This document shows positions 28,059 to 40,300 of a stretch of 64,000 nucleotides of DNA, one piece after another. The translations under genes and the position numbers were made by a program. The DNA is taken from contig JAWQFM010000009.1 of the NCBI GenBank assembly GCA_033442325.1, positions 145,968 to 209,967 of the forward strand, written 5' to 3'. The notes below the pieces were generated by a model. The model searched no databases and was not told the DNA's origin. It worked only from the letters and a program-made list of their open reading frames with translations. This DNA comes from Salpingoeca rosetta (Eukaryota; Protista; Choanoflagellata). Each line of letters opens with the position of its first letter. The stretch's first letter is position 1.

Positions 28059-29047
28059 ATGAGCAAGCCCGACGATCACGCCGTTGTGGGCGATGGCCCG
28101 GCCCCACCCCCACCTGCGCCGCCCGCCTCCTCCGCCTCGCACGAGACTGCTGCCCACCTCAGTGGCTCGATGCACTCGGAGGAGCGCCGTGGGCGCAACC
28201 CGCGCACCACCCTTTGGATGGGCGACGTGAGTCCCTCCCTCCCTCCCTTGTCAACAAAACCATCAGCGAGTGCTGCTGTGTTTGTGCTGTGTGTTGTGTT
28301 TGTGCGTGTTTCTTGGCCGCTTGGCTTTGCTGCCCGCAAACCAGTGTCAAGGCCCACGAGAACGCTTGCCTGCCTGACCAAGTGATCCCTGGGACAGCAT
28401 GCGCATTCATGTGTGTGTGATCTGTGTGGTTATCGTTGGCCATTGCGCTTGCTCATGTGTGCTCGTGCCTGTGTATTGTTTGGTATGGACTTGTGGTGTT
28501 TGTTTTGATTTCGCTTCTTGAACAGCTCGAGCGCGACATGGGCGAAGCAGAGATTATGGACGCCTTCCAGGTCTATGGCTTCACCCCCACACTGGTCCGC
28601 GTCATTCAGAAAGTGGTGAGTTGACACGTCTGCGCTCAGCGCTGTACCGCTGTCAGTGTGTCGCGCAAGTTGACGTGTGTTTGTGTGTGCGTGTGTGTGT
28701 GTGTGTGATGTTTGCTGTATGTGTGTGTGTGTGTGTGTGCGTGCGTGATGTTTGCTTGTGTGTGTGATGTTTGCTTTTGTGTGTGTGTGTGTGTCTTTGG
28801 TTAACACTTTCTAGCCGCTCCAGTTCACTGCTCTGGACCTTGGGATGATGGCCCGCCCTACCAGGAAAGGCAGGTTTTGGAAGTTACAAGTGGACCCGTC
28901 TGAGGTACGCTCACCGATCCTGAAGTGAGAAAAACAATCCAGTCACCGTGCTAACCACTCTTGTTGTTGGCGCCAGGGATCACGTTCTCAGATATATACA
29001 CTCGTGTGTTGTGTTGTTGTTGTGTGTGTGTGTGTGTGTTGTTGTTG

Positions 29048-29108
<61 letters not shown>

Positions 29109-32100
29109 CGTCTCCCCCTGCGCCCACGCTACTCTACCTCTGCACTCACGTGTGTGTGTTTCATAAATTGATCCAGACGCGCGGCAGGGAGACGTCCGCC
29201 GGCTACTGCTTCATCAGCTTCGCCACTGTGGAGGAGGCCACCAACGCCCTCAACCACATGAACGGGCAGCCCATCCCGTCAACTCAGCCGGTGAGCGATC
29301 ATGTACAGCACAGCACGCGACCCATCGTGCCGCTATTCCCATATGCGTTGTCTGCACTCGCCCACTCAATCTTCAACAACACCTCCATTGATGAAGCCAA
29401 CTCCACACACACACACACACACACACATACTCACACATACTCACACATACGCACACGCACACTCCACGCAAACACACACGTACTCACACACACTCACGCG
29501 CACATACACGTACTCACACACACGCACACGCACACTGTATTTGACCGTTGCCAGACTCGGATCTTCTACCTCAACTGGGCTTGCCAGCAGCAGACGTGAG
29601 CGCAACGTGATGCGAATAGATGGCATTGTGGAGATGAAGCCCATGTGCATCATCTCCAAAGCTCTTACACACACATACACACACTCAAATACCCAAGCAC
29701 ACACATACACACACACCCAGGCACACACACACTCACACACTCCATGTGCCTTTGTGTGCGTGTTTCAAACTCATATTCCTCACCGCCCTTGCTGTTCTTG
29801 ACTGCACCAAAGGACCCACATCTCGTCCATCTACGTTGGCCGCCTGCCTCCGAGCATTGACAGCTACCAGCTGATGGTACGGGTCACGAGTGATAACGAT
29901 GATTCACGTGTGATGATTCACGTGTGTGGATGAGCACGCCTCTTGTTCGTTGGTGTATGCATCAATATCCCTCAGCCTGACCCATCAACACCCCCTTCCC
30001 TCTCATGGCTGTCTGCTGATGCTTCACCACATGCAGAGCCACTTTCGCCAGTACTTTTCCTCCCTTCGTGGTGCCAAGGGTGGGTGAGACTTGCTTTGTG
30101 CTGATACGTACGCGTGTGCTCTGCAGGCGAGCGCCTGATTGTGTATGATGTGCCGTGCATAGGCGTGGCTCTCGTTTCTCTGAGACTTGATTGCAGTGCA
30201 TCACTTGTTCTCACGCACGTCATGCATCACTGCATCGTGTTTGACGCCACACAGTCATTTACGATCGCAACGGCAGCTCTTCCAGGTAGGCCTGTGCGTA
30301 CGTACGTGTGTGTATGTGTCTGTGTGTGTTGTGTGTGTGCATATGTGTGTGTCTATGTCTGTATCTGTGTGCACATCACCTCTTTGCTGTATCTTTTGCA
30401 CGGTGCCACATCTATTCTGGTGTTCACTTAGACCCTTTCCTGTCTCGTGTGGGTGCAGGGGATTTGGCTTCCTCCGCTTCGCCAGCGCTCGCGATGCCGA
30501 GCGGTGAGCGCCTTTGGTACCTGTTCTGCCCACTCTGTCTGGCAGCACATCTTGTTGGCTTGCACACGTTGTGTTGCAACGCATCACCGGACACGCGTAC
30601 ACACACACATACACATGCACGTACACACAGACACACACACATGCAGTTGTTCACCGACACGCTTTGCACGTTGTTGCATGATGCAACGGGTGTGCACTGT
30701 GCGCGCATCTCATGAAACGACAGGTGCATTGAGCGGTTCAACAAACGTGAGGTCTTTGGCAAGATGATCACACTGAGCATTGCATTCCCAACACGGTGAG
30801 TAGCAATGAGTGCGTACAGGCATACACATGTTCTCCTCTCCTGCCCGCGTGTGTCACGTAACCTGACCACTGCTTGGTCGTTAATACTTCAGAACATTGA
30901 CAAGTGTGCGTGTGCCTGCGTGTGTGCGCGTATTGGCAGGTCAAAGATGCGCCAGACTGATACGCGCCGTGGTGGCGTGCCCGCTCCTCTCGACCTCCGT
31001 GCGTCATTCTGTGTGTGTGTGCGTGTGTGTGTGCGTGCGTGTGTGTGTGCGTGTGTGTGTGCGTGTGTGTGTATGTCTGTGTATATGTGTACGTGTGTAT
31101 GAACGAATGTTTGTGGGCGTGTGTGGGCGTGTGTGGGCGTGTGGCATTGTTTGACATGCAATCCACCGCAGAGCATACGAGTCACTGTTCTTCTTGGTGT
31201 TCCCACATGTGCGTACTTGCAGGTGGCATGTCCAGCGGTGGCCCCATGGGTCCTTCCAGCGCTCCCGGCAGCTACAGCCACGTAAGCGAGCGCAAACATG
31301 CTATGTGTGTGTGCGCGCGCGCCTGTGTGCGTGCGCACGTGTGGTTGTGTTTGTGTGTGCGGATGCATGTGCTTGATGGCGGGCTTCTCTGTTGGCGACT
31401 GCACTCAAAGTGGCTTTACGACTCCAATCTGACTGACAAGGCAATGAACCCGTACACTCACATACACTAATATACACACACGCGCACACACGCTCACTCA
31501 CACACATGCACACTCATATACATGCACACTCACATGCATGTGCCTGTGATGGCTTGGGGTTTGCTGATTTGCGCAGATGCAGTCGCCATACGACTACGGC
31601 GTGTCGTACCAGGGTCATGGCGGCGCCGTGGGCAACATGCACTCGCCATACACCCCCGTCTGTGAGTCTCGCCTGTCTTCTCACACTTCCCACTCGTTCC
31701 GCGATGTCGACCAGTGCTTTGCACACTCTCATACACACCATTCAAGCGCATATACACGCATGTGTACCCACCTGCACCCACCGCACATACCCGAGCAAGC
31801 TCACATCCGCCCGGTGCTCATGTGTCATTTCACATGCAATCAGACATGGCATCTCAGCCGTGGTCGCAGTATGGGTTTGAGAGCAGCCCCTACCCAACAG
31901 CGCAGGTGCCGGTGCAGAACACCCCACAGATGTACCCCGTGGCCAGCTACCCTGTGCAGCCGTCGCCGAGCAGCGACATGGGCATGGCTGCCCTGACGGA
32001 GCAGATGGCCCAGCATCGCATCAGCGGTAACATCGCCGCCAGTCCCGTGCATCACCCGACCATGTTCGTCTACCCGTCCCAGCAGCAGGTTCGCTCACAA

Positions 32101-32603
32101 ACAATGTGCACGTAGACATTTGTGTGTTGTGTTGTGTCGTGTGTGTTGTGTGTGTGAGGGGAGATTGTATGTGTGAGGGGGAGGGGGAGATGGTGTTTGT
32201 GAGCTGTGTGCACTGGTGTGTTAGTCGTAAGTTTGCGCGTTGATCGCTGTACACGCCAGCAAGCCTTTATCTCACAGATACTGTCACACATACAACACGC
32301 CCATACACACACACGCCCGCTCACACATTCTCACACTTGGCTTCCCTGTCTTTCTTTTACTGGTGCCAGGCCATGGTGCGGTCCAACTTTGTGTACCACG
32401 TGCCTCAGGGTGAGGGTCAGGAGCACGCTGCCCAGGCCCAGGTGTCGGCCACCGCCGCTTCCGCCATGTACGGCGGTGCTGTCACCGCCCAAAGCGCCAT
32501 GGCCGCCACCGCTGGCCGCATGATGGCCCACCCATCCCGCCCGGCCAGCGTGGCCCACGGCATTGCTCCAGGCGCTCGCGTGGACGGCCGCGACGGACGC
32601 TGA
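28059..32603 (+). CDS. TRNAU1AP: Two-RRM RNA-binding protein, TRNAU1AP/SECp43 (Nam8/Rbp45 family)-like
   Basis: RRM1 TLWMGDLE...AGYCFISF...MNGQPIP...FYLNWA; RRM2 SIYVGRL...SLRGAKVIYD...RGFGFLRF...LSIAFP; Tyr/Pro/Gln-rich tail. The orthology call could instead be another Nam8-family member. Confidence 0.72.
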
Positions 32604-33629
32604 AGCACGAGAGCATCAATGCCTGCCCCGAGTGTGTCTCTCGTCATCCCCCCGACTTCCCGGTTCCAGTGTTCCAGTGCAACTCACCTGTCTCTCCTCT
32701 ACCACTCCGCATCGTCCCACCCCCCTCGCCCCGCCGATTGTCCCCTATCACTCTCTGCCTTCGCCTATCTCACCTCCGCTAGCCGAATCAATTTGCTGAC
32801 AAAGCCTTCTCCGCTTTCGTATGCGAACGAGTATGAATGAATATGATGTTGTTGGGCATTGCTGTTCATTCACTGTTTGCTTTTCCCCCTCATGCTTCAC
32901 TTGATTTGGTGTACGGGGTGGAGAGTTGGGGGCCAACAGGCCACAGGTATGTTGCTGACCATGACGATGCCCTGATGTCGCTTCTCTTTGCGATTGTGTG
33001 TTGCCCACCTCGCGTGGTTGTGTACTTTCTTTCCTCCCCCCTCTCTCTCTTTCTCTTGGCGTCTGTTGATCAATGCGTGTGTCGTATGTGTTGCTGCTGG
33101 TGCCGGTGCTGCTTTTCCCGTGTCGTAGTTTGATGGAGTGTTGTTCTTTGCTTTATTTATGACTCTGTGTGTGTGTTTATGTGCTTGCAACGCACCTTCG
33201 TTTTCTTCTCCTTTCACCTTCTTCTCAACTCACCCTTGCTGTCGCTGTTTGCAATCGTTTGTTTAGTTTGTTTGGTGCGTCATGTCAATTGCTTTTGGTT
33301 GTTTTTGCCTTTTTGAGCCATGCTCAGGCTCACGGTGCTTTCAACGCTTGTCCCTGCTTGGTTCCATATTACATTACACTCCTTCTTGTTGCTCGCTCGC
33401 CTGTTTGTGTGTTGTCCGGTGGGACAACTCACACGAATAAATACGAGCAAAGGCGAACGGCAAACACTGCAGTTCAGAAGCAGAACGGACACAAAAAGGA
33501 CTACGACTCCACTTCAGCACAGCACCATAGCACGACGACTCCACCACTGCCGCGAACAACTCAAAAACAAGCTCAGCAAGGTCCGGTTTCCTCACGCGTT
33601 TCGCGAAAGATACCACACATTTTTCTACA

Positions 33630-36600
33630 ATGCACGCCAACAGCAACAACAGCATCGCGCTGTCAGCGCCTTCCACCGCAGTGCTCATCACGGCAGCGGC
33701 GCTGCTTGCCGTGCTGAGCTCTGTCTTGCGCATTCTCGCTCGCTTTGCAACTGCTTCCAGTAACCCAGCAGCCCCAAAGCAGCACGACGTACGTATTTGT
33801 TGACATTGGCACGGCCGCAAGAGCGTGTCTGTTGTCAAAAGGCACCTGGGTGAATGCATGGTCACGTTCAGTTTGCCCCCCCCCCACACACATGTCACCC
33901 ACACATGCACACACACATCACCCACACATGCACACACACATCACCCACACATGCACACCCACATCATACACACACATCACACACACACACATCACACACA
34001 TCTCACACACATCACATGCACACTGCTTAGGACGATGATTCTGGCGATGAGGACCATGTGGAGGAGGAAGAGGAGGAAGGCGAGCCTGTGAGATATGCCG
34101 TAAACGCGCTGAGTTCGGAAGAGTACGAGAAACAAGGCGCACAGTACACACTGCGCTGCTTGGCCGAGCTACGCCAGCAGCTGTTCGATACAAATCGTCG
34201 GCGCGCTGCCATCACACGCCTGAGCCCTTCTACTTCGTTCCCTTTTATTCAGTGAGCCACATGCGAACAGCACATGGTGCTGAGGTGTGTCTCTGTGTGG
34301 TTCCGTATTTCATGTTGCCCGTCGAACATCCTTGCTCGCACTTTTCGGTTTGGGCTGGCATTGGTGTACATGTACGTAGCTTGGTCTCTCTATCTCTCTC
34401 TGACACCCACACCCACCCACACACCCTCTCTCTCTCTCTCTCTCTCACCCACATACACACACTCACCCACATACACACCACACATCCACCCCCCACACAC
34501 ACATTACAGGTTCATCAATGGCAAGATGGACATTGCAGAGGAACACATTCGAAACAGCTCATCGCACAAAAAGACACGAGAACAAGCGTCTGTGCAGCGA
34601 GCTCCTTCACCAGCTGCCACATCCAGTAGCGGTACGAATCCTCTCCTGTGTGACTCCGACACCAGCACCAACAACAACACTTTCGGTCAGAACACTCGCA
34701 CGTGGCAGTTGCCATCGCAATCAACCGTCCTCGACACGCTTGCGCTCGCTGGTGTGAGCGCCTTGACTATCCAGGTACAACGCCCTCACACCCTTGGTCT
34801 TCTTATTCATCTTCAGCTCGTGCTACCTGCAGCCCTGTTCGCTCTCCTTACATCAACTGCCACGCCTTCGTTCACACTCACGCGACACACACGCACATGC
34901 GACACACACACACACACACGTACGCACACACATACATACACACACACACGTACACAACTGAAGGCGCCGGAGGTGGTGCAGAATGTGATGAGATGGCTGT
35001 TGAGACAGCCCATCGCACAGGCCATCATCACCGCAGATGATGGCAATGTTGTTAGCGACAGTGGACCTGTGCATCCCTGGATTCGGCTCTGGCTGAGCGT
35101 CTGGCTGCTGCTGCTGATTACCACCCGTTCGTTCACCCTCAGCTCCCACGTGCTCCACGTTGCACGACGCCCAAGCCTCTGGCTGCAGCCGCTGCTTGCG
35201 TACGCCCGCCCCACGGCCATCATGGCCAAGCACTCGCTGCGCATGACCTGGGCAGCCGACTCCTTCCGCACGCGGATGCCGGGCATCTTGGGCGTGGTGA
35301 CGTGTCTCCTCGATGCGCTTGCGTTCGTGTTCGTGCCGCGGCTGCTGCTTGCGCTGGCCTACGCCCCATACGCACTGCCGCCGCTGCTGTCGCCCCGGGT
35401 ACACCTGCTGGCAACGGCTGTCGTGGCTGCTGTCGTCGTGTCCTCGGCAGTCACACCGCCGCCTGCACCGGCACTGTTCGACCCCACGCAACACGCCATC
35501 CCATGGCTGATGCCTGCGTCAGTTCTCTTCAGCATTGTTCGCACCGTGGCTGCCTCGTGCACGCCTTGGCCCATATCTGGCGTGGCCGGCGCAGAGGCTG
35601 CAGCTGCCACCACCATGATCGTGGGCCTGTTTGGGCACACGCTCGTCTCCATTGGCGTGTGCTTCCTGCCGCTGCTTGCGATGGCTGTGGCGGCTGCATG
35701 CTCCGTCTACCACGCTGCCCCATATCTTGCGACATGGCTCACAACACTTGCTGCGGCCACTGCCACCACAACCCCCACCATGGCCTCTCTCTCCCCCTGG
35801 CTGCCGCAAGCCATCACCACTTGTGCAGCTGCACTTGAATCACTTGCCACGTCTACCCCACCATCATCGCCATCATCACCATCGTCGCCCACAGCGGCGT
35901 TTGTGCTCCTGGGCTTGGTGCCACTCGCTGTTGGCTGGACGGCTGCACGCGCCCTCACGCATGTCCGCATGCGCCGCCTTGTGCCCTGGTTTGCATTCCT
36001 GGCCGCTGTTGTTGCCACAGCCCACTTATCTTCGCCAGCTGTCCACCAGCTGGTCAACTTTCCCGTTGTCGTCACCAACGCTGTTGTGGACAACCCAACT
36101 TTTGCGGCGCCGCTCGTGTGTCCGCAGCCTTCCTCGCGCGTGCCAGCTCCACCACCATCAGTCGCCCTCACCAACCTTTGCCTCTCGCTGGCATGCGGCA
36201 ATACCACGCACCTCATGCACGCTCACCGCTTCCCACACGCCAGCGCCACTATGGACAGGCGCGGGGATGCATCGTCGCCCATGCACGCGTGCGCACCGTC
36301 AGCAGCCTCGTGGTGCCGTAGGCTAGTTGACAATGCAAGAGTCTTGACCATGCTTGATGCTGGCGCGTGCGATATTTTTCTTCGCTCGTTCCTCTCCCTC
36401 GTCGCCTCCGCCGTCATTGCCCTCTGGTGGTCCAAAAACCAGGTTCGAGGAGGAGGAGGTGGGGAGGAGGAGGTCGTGGTGGTAGTGGTGGTGGTGGCGG
36501 TGCGTGTGTGTCCACGTGTTTATGTGCATGTGTACGTGTATGCATGTGTCGCGTGCGCGTGTGTATGTGTTTGTGCTTGAGTTTGCTTTGCGTTGCTTCT

Positions 36601-36985
36601 CATCACAAACACAACCTCGTCGTTCTCCTTGCTTGCATGCACGCAGGACACAAGTATTCAACTCTCCACGGCATTTCTCAGCGCTTTTACGCTCAGCATG
36701 CTGGTGCGCACGCGATTGCATGCTCGTATGAATGTGCCAGCGGTGTTTGTTTGCGTTCAGCCATTACCAACACACAGCTCAACCACCTCAATTGCCCCTG
36801 TCTTCAGCCTCACACACTCCAACACACGCACACTTACTCTCATCTATGCGTCTGCCGCACGTGATACATACATACATCAGACCCAACGACCCATCGGAAC
36901 GTCCTTCCTGTTCTTCTACTTCTTCCAGTCATTTATCGCTGTCCGCATCACGCAGGTCGCCGCATTTCTCCTGTTTGATGCGTGA
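33630..36985 (+). CDS. Uncharacterised polytopic membrane protein with a NEMP-like C-terminal-domain motif near its N-terminus, ~5 exons
   Basis: Phase-compatible exons from ATG 33630 to TGA 36983-36985. One N-terminal hydrophobic segment, an acidic stretch, LSSEEYEKQG...TLRCLAELR, then many hydrophobic segments. Confidence 0.68.
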
Positions 36986-37223
36986 CATCTGCACTGGGCT
37001 TTTTGGCTTTAAAGGCGCACAAACGGATTGCGTATGCGTGATTGTCAACAAGGCGCATGCGTGAATGCGTTTCAGATGTGTATTGGTGATAACGATGCAC
37101 ACACGCTGTAACAACAACGACGCACACGTTTCTCCGCTCAGTAAATGCTACATTAGAAGAAAGTTCCCCAACATGACCAAGCAGAAACATCAACCAACAA
37201 GACCAAACACACACAGACAAAGC

Positions 37224-37263
<40 letters not shown>

Positions 37264-37356
37264 AACAAACAAACAAACAAAACCAAGCACACCGCCCCCA
37301 CATCCACACCCACCCCCACACAATCCAATACAAACCAAATACGCAAACAGTCCTGA

Positions 37357-40300
37357 CTACGCCTGCGTGATGCGGATGGAGAGTGCGTTGAGATCGTCGT
37401 CGTCATCATCACGGCCGCGCCGCCGCCGGCTCCTGCGCGGGGAGGACGTGTCGTGCGTGTGCGTGTTGGTTCGCCCGCTGTCGTCGAATGCAGACAGGAG
37501 CAGCGGAGTGCGCTCCGAACGCGACCGTGACATGCGTGATGATGATGTTGTTGGTGTTGATGACGATGGTGGTGGTGGATGAGGCAGATCGGCGCTGCCG
37601 TCGTCGAAGGTGGTGAACGCATAGCGACGGCGCGTGCTGCGGTGGTGGCGGTACGCAAGGAACACCACGACGACAACAACCAGGCCACCACCACCAGCAA
37701 GCGCAGCAATGTTGCGCGTCTGCCTGTACCACGCCTTGCTGTGCGGGTGCTTGTGTGGACCCGTGCACAGCGTGCCGTTTGTGTCCATGAGCCTGGCGCC
37801 GCGCAGGTGCAGGGGCATTGCACACATGGCAGCGACGCTGCAGTTGAGATCAAGCACGCCGCTGTCACGCAGGTCCTCCAACCCGCAGCAGTCGAGGGGC
37901 ACGTCGCCCATGCACACGCTGCGGAGCGAGGAGAGGGACGCCAGGTTGGCGGGCGGCGTGGAGAAGGGGTTGCTGGACAAATCGAGGACTTGAAGCGCCT
38001 TCATGCCCTTGAACACGTGCGATGCGGCTTGCGTAAAGTTGCCCAGGGCATTGCTGGAGAGGTTGAGGGTGCGTGTGGCGCTGAGGGGGCGGAACGCTTT
38101 GTCCCCAATTGCGGTCATGTCGTTGTTGCTGAGGTCCAAGGCAACCAGCTGGCTCAGCCCATCAAAGGTGAGCGTGCTAACAGCCGCGCCAGCAAGGCTG
38201 CTGTTCCGCAGCGACAGCGTGCGCACGTGCACAAGCGGCGACAGCACGCCGTCGGGCAGGGCGGTGACGCACGTGTTGGCGATGCTGAGGTGATGCAGGG
38301 AGGAGAGGCCCGTAAACGAGCCAGGGAAGAGGTGGCGCAGGTGGGGCGTGTCGACGGTGAGCGTGGTCAGGTTGGCGAGCCCGGAGAACGAGCCAGACAC
38401 GATGCCCGTAAGCGCGGACGTGCTCAGGTCCAGCGACGTGAGCGCGCCAAGGCCAGCAAACGAGCCGGCACTCACGTGCGCAATGGGGTTGCCTGCAAGC
38501 ACAAGCTGCGTGGCGCTGGAGAGGCCCAGAAAGGCGTCCGGGGCGATGGTGGTGATGGCGTTGTGCGCGAGGTTGAGGGAGCGCACGGCCGTGGCGCCAG
38601 AGAAGGTGCGTGGTGGCAGGGCGGTGATGCCGTGACTGCTCAGGTCCAGCGTCGTCAGCAGCGGCAGCGGTCCCGCAAACGTGTCCGTGTTAAGCGAGGC
38701 GAGCGGGTTGTTGTCGAGGGAAAGGGATGTGAGCGCAGGCAGGGCGCCAAACGCGTGGGACGGCAGACTGGAGAGACTCATGCCGGCGAGGGAGATGGCA
38801 GCGACGTGCGACAGGTTTGCAAATGCGTTTGGCTGCAGCGTGTGCAGGTCCACACCGGTCAGCACCACGCTCTGCAGGCTGCTCATGCCAGCAAACACAT
38901 GCGAGGGAAGCTCGGCGACGGGCAGGCGGGACAGGTCGAGGGTGGCGAGTGCGCTCAGGCCGTCAAAAGCGCCGCCAGCGAGCGTGGCCAGGGCCGGGTT
39001 GCTTGTGATGCGCAGGGTGGCGAGGCGGGAAAGGCCGGCGAAGGTGTCGGCGGCGAGGGCGGTGATGGCGTTGTGGTCGAGGAGCAGGGTGGTGAGGTTG
39101 GTCGCGCCGCTCATGGCGTGGGGCGCAATGGCGGCGATGCGCAGGGCAGAGAGATCAAGGGTGGTCAGTGACGACAGATCGCCACCGAGCGCGTGCGAGG
39201 AGATGTTGGCGAGCGGGTTGCCGCCGAGGGCAAGGTCGTGCAGGCGCGGGAGGTTGTGGAGGGAGTGTGGTGCCAGGGCGGTGATGCGGGCGTTGCTGAG
39301 GTCGAGGTGCTGCAGGGCAGGGAGGCCGTCAAAGGTGCCCGTGGCAATGGCGCGCAGCGGTGTGCCGGCCGCGCTGATGCTGGTGAGGGCATGGAGTGGT
39401 GTGAGGAGGGCTGGGGGCAGGAGGGTGCAGTTGGTGTGGGCGAGGTTGAGGGTGGCGAGGGAGGTGAGGCCTTGGAAGATGGAGGCTGGCAGGGCACGCA
39501 AGGGATTGTTGGAGATGTCAAATGCCGTGAGCTTGGACAGCCCGCGCAGGGCCCTGGCAGCGATGGTGGTGATGGCGTTGCGGGCGAGGGTGAGCGCCGA
39601 CAGGCGTGTGGCGGCCGTGAAGGCGGCAGCGGGGACAGATGTGAGTTTGCAGCGGGAAAGATCGAGGGTGTGCAGGGAAGGCACGCTGCTGAAGGACGCG
39701 TTGGTCAGCTGGGCGATGGGGTTGCCTTGCAAGGTGATGTTGCCCAGGGCTGCCAAGTTGTCAAAGGAGCGTGCAGGGATGGCGGTGATGGCAAGGTTGC
39801 TCAGATCCAGGGACGTCAGCTTGGGCATGTCGGATATGGCGCCTTCGCTCAGCTTGGAGAGCGGGTTGCCCTGCAAGTTGAGGGACTCGATGCTGCTGAG
39901 GCCGACAAACGCCTGCGTTGGAATGGCGGCAATCTTCTTGTTGCTGAGGTCGAGCTCGGTCAGGCTGGAAAGGCCCTGGAATGTCTGCGCGCTGAGCGTT
40001 TGCAAGGGCACGCGGTTGAGGTTGAGGGTGGTGAGGGCGCTGAGGCCTGCAAAGGAGGATGACGACAGCGTGCTGATTGGTGCGCCTGCAAGGGAGAGGG
40101 AGAGCAGGGAACTGAGGCCCTGGAAGGTGTCGGCGTTGAGAATGGAGATGGGGTTGTTGGCGAGATTGAGCGATTGCAGGCTGGTGAGGCCGTCAAAGGC
40201 GTTTGCCGGCAGTGTGTCGAGCTGGTTGCCGTCAAGCTGCAGAGTAAGAAGTGCCGTGAGTGTGGAGAACATGTTTCCCGACAGCGCGCCGGCCAGCTTG

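Noticed and set aside
28935-28980. tRNA/SINE-like A-box on the minus strand (GAGTGGTTAGCACG) and a PBS-like TGGCGCC
   Set aside because: No B-box, cloverleaf or LTR could be found.
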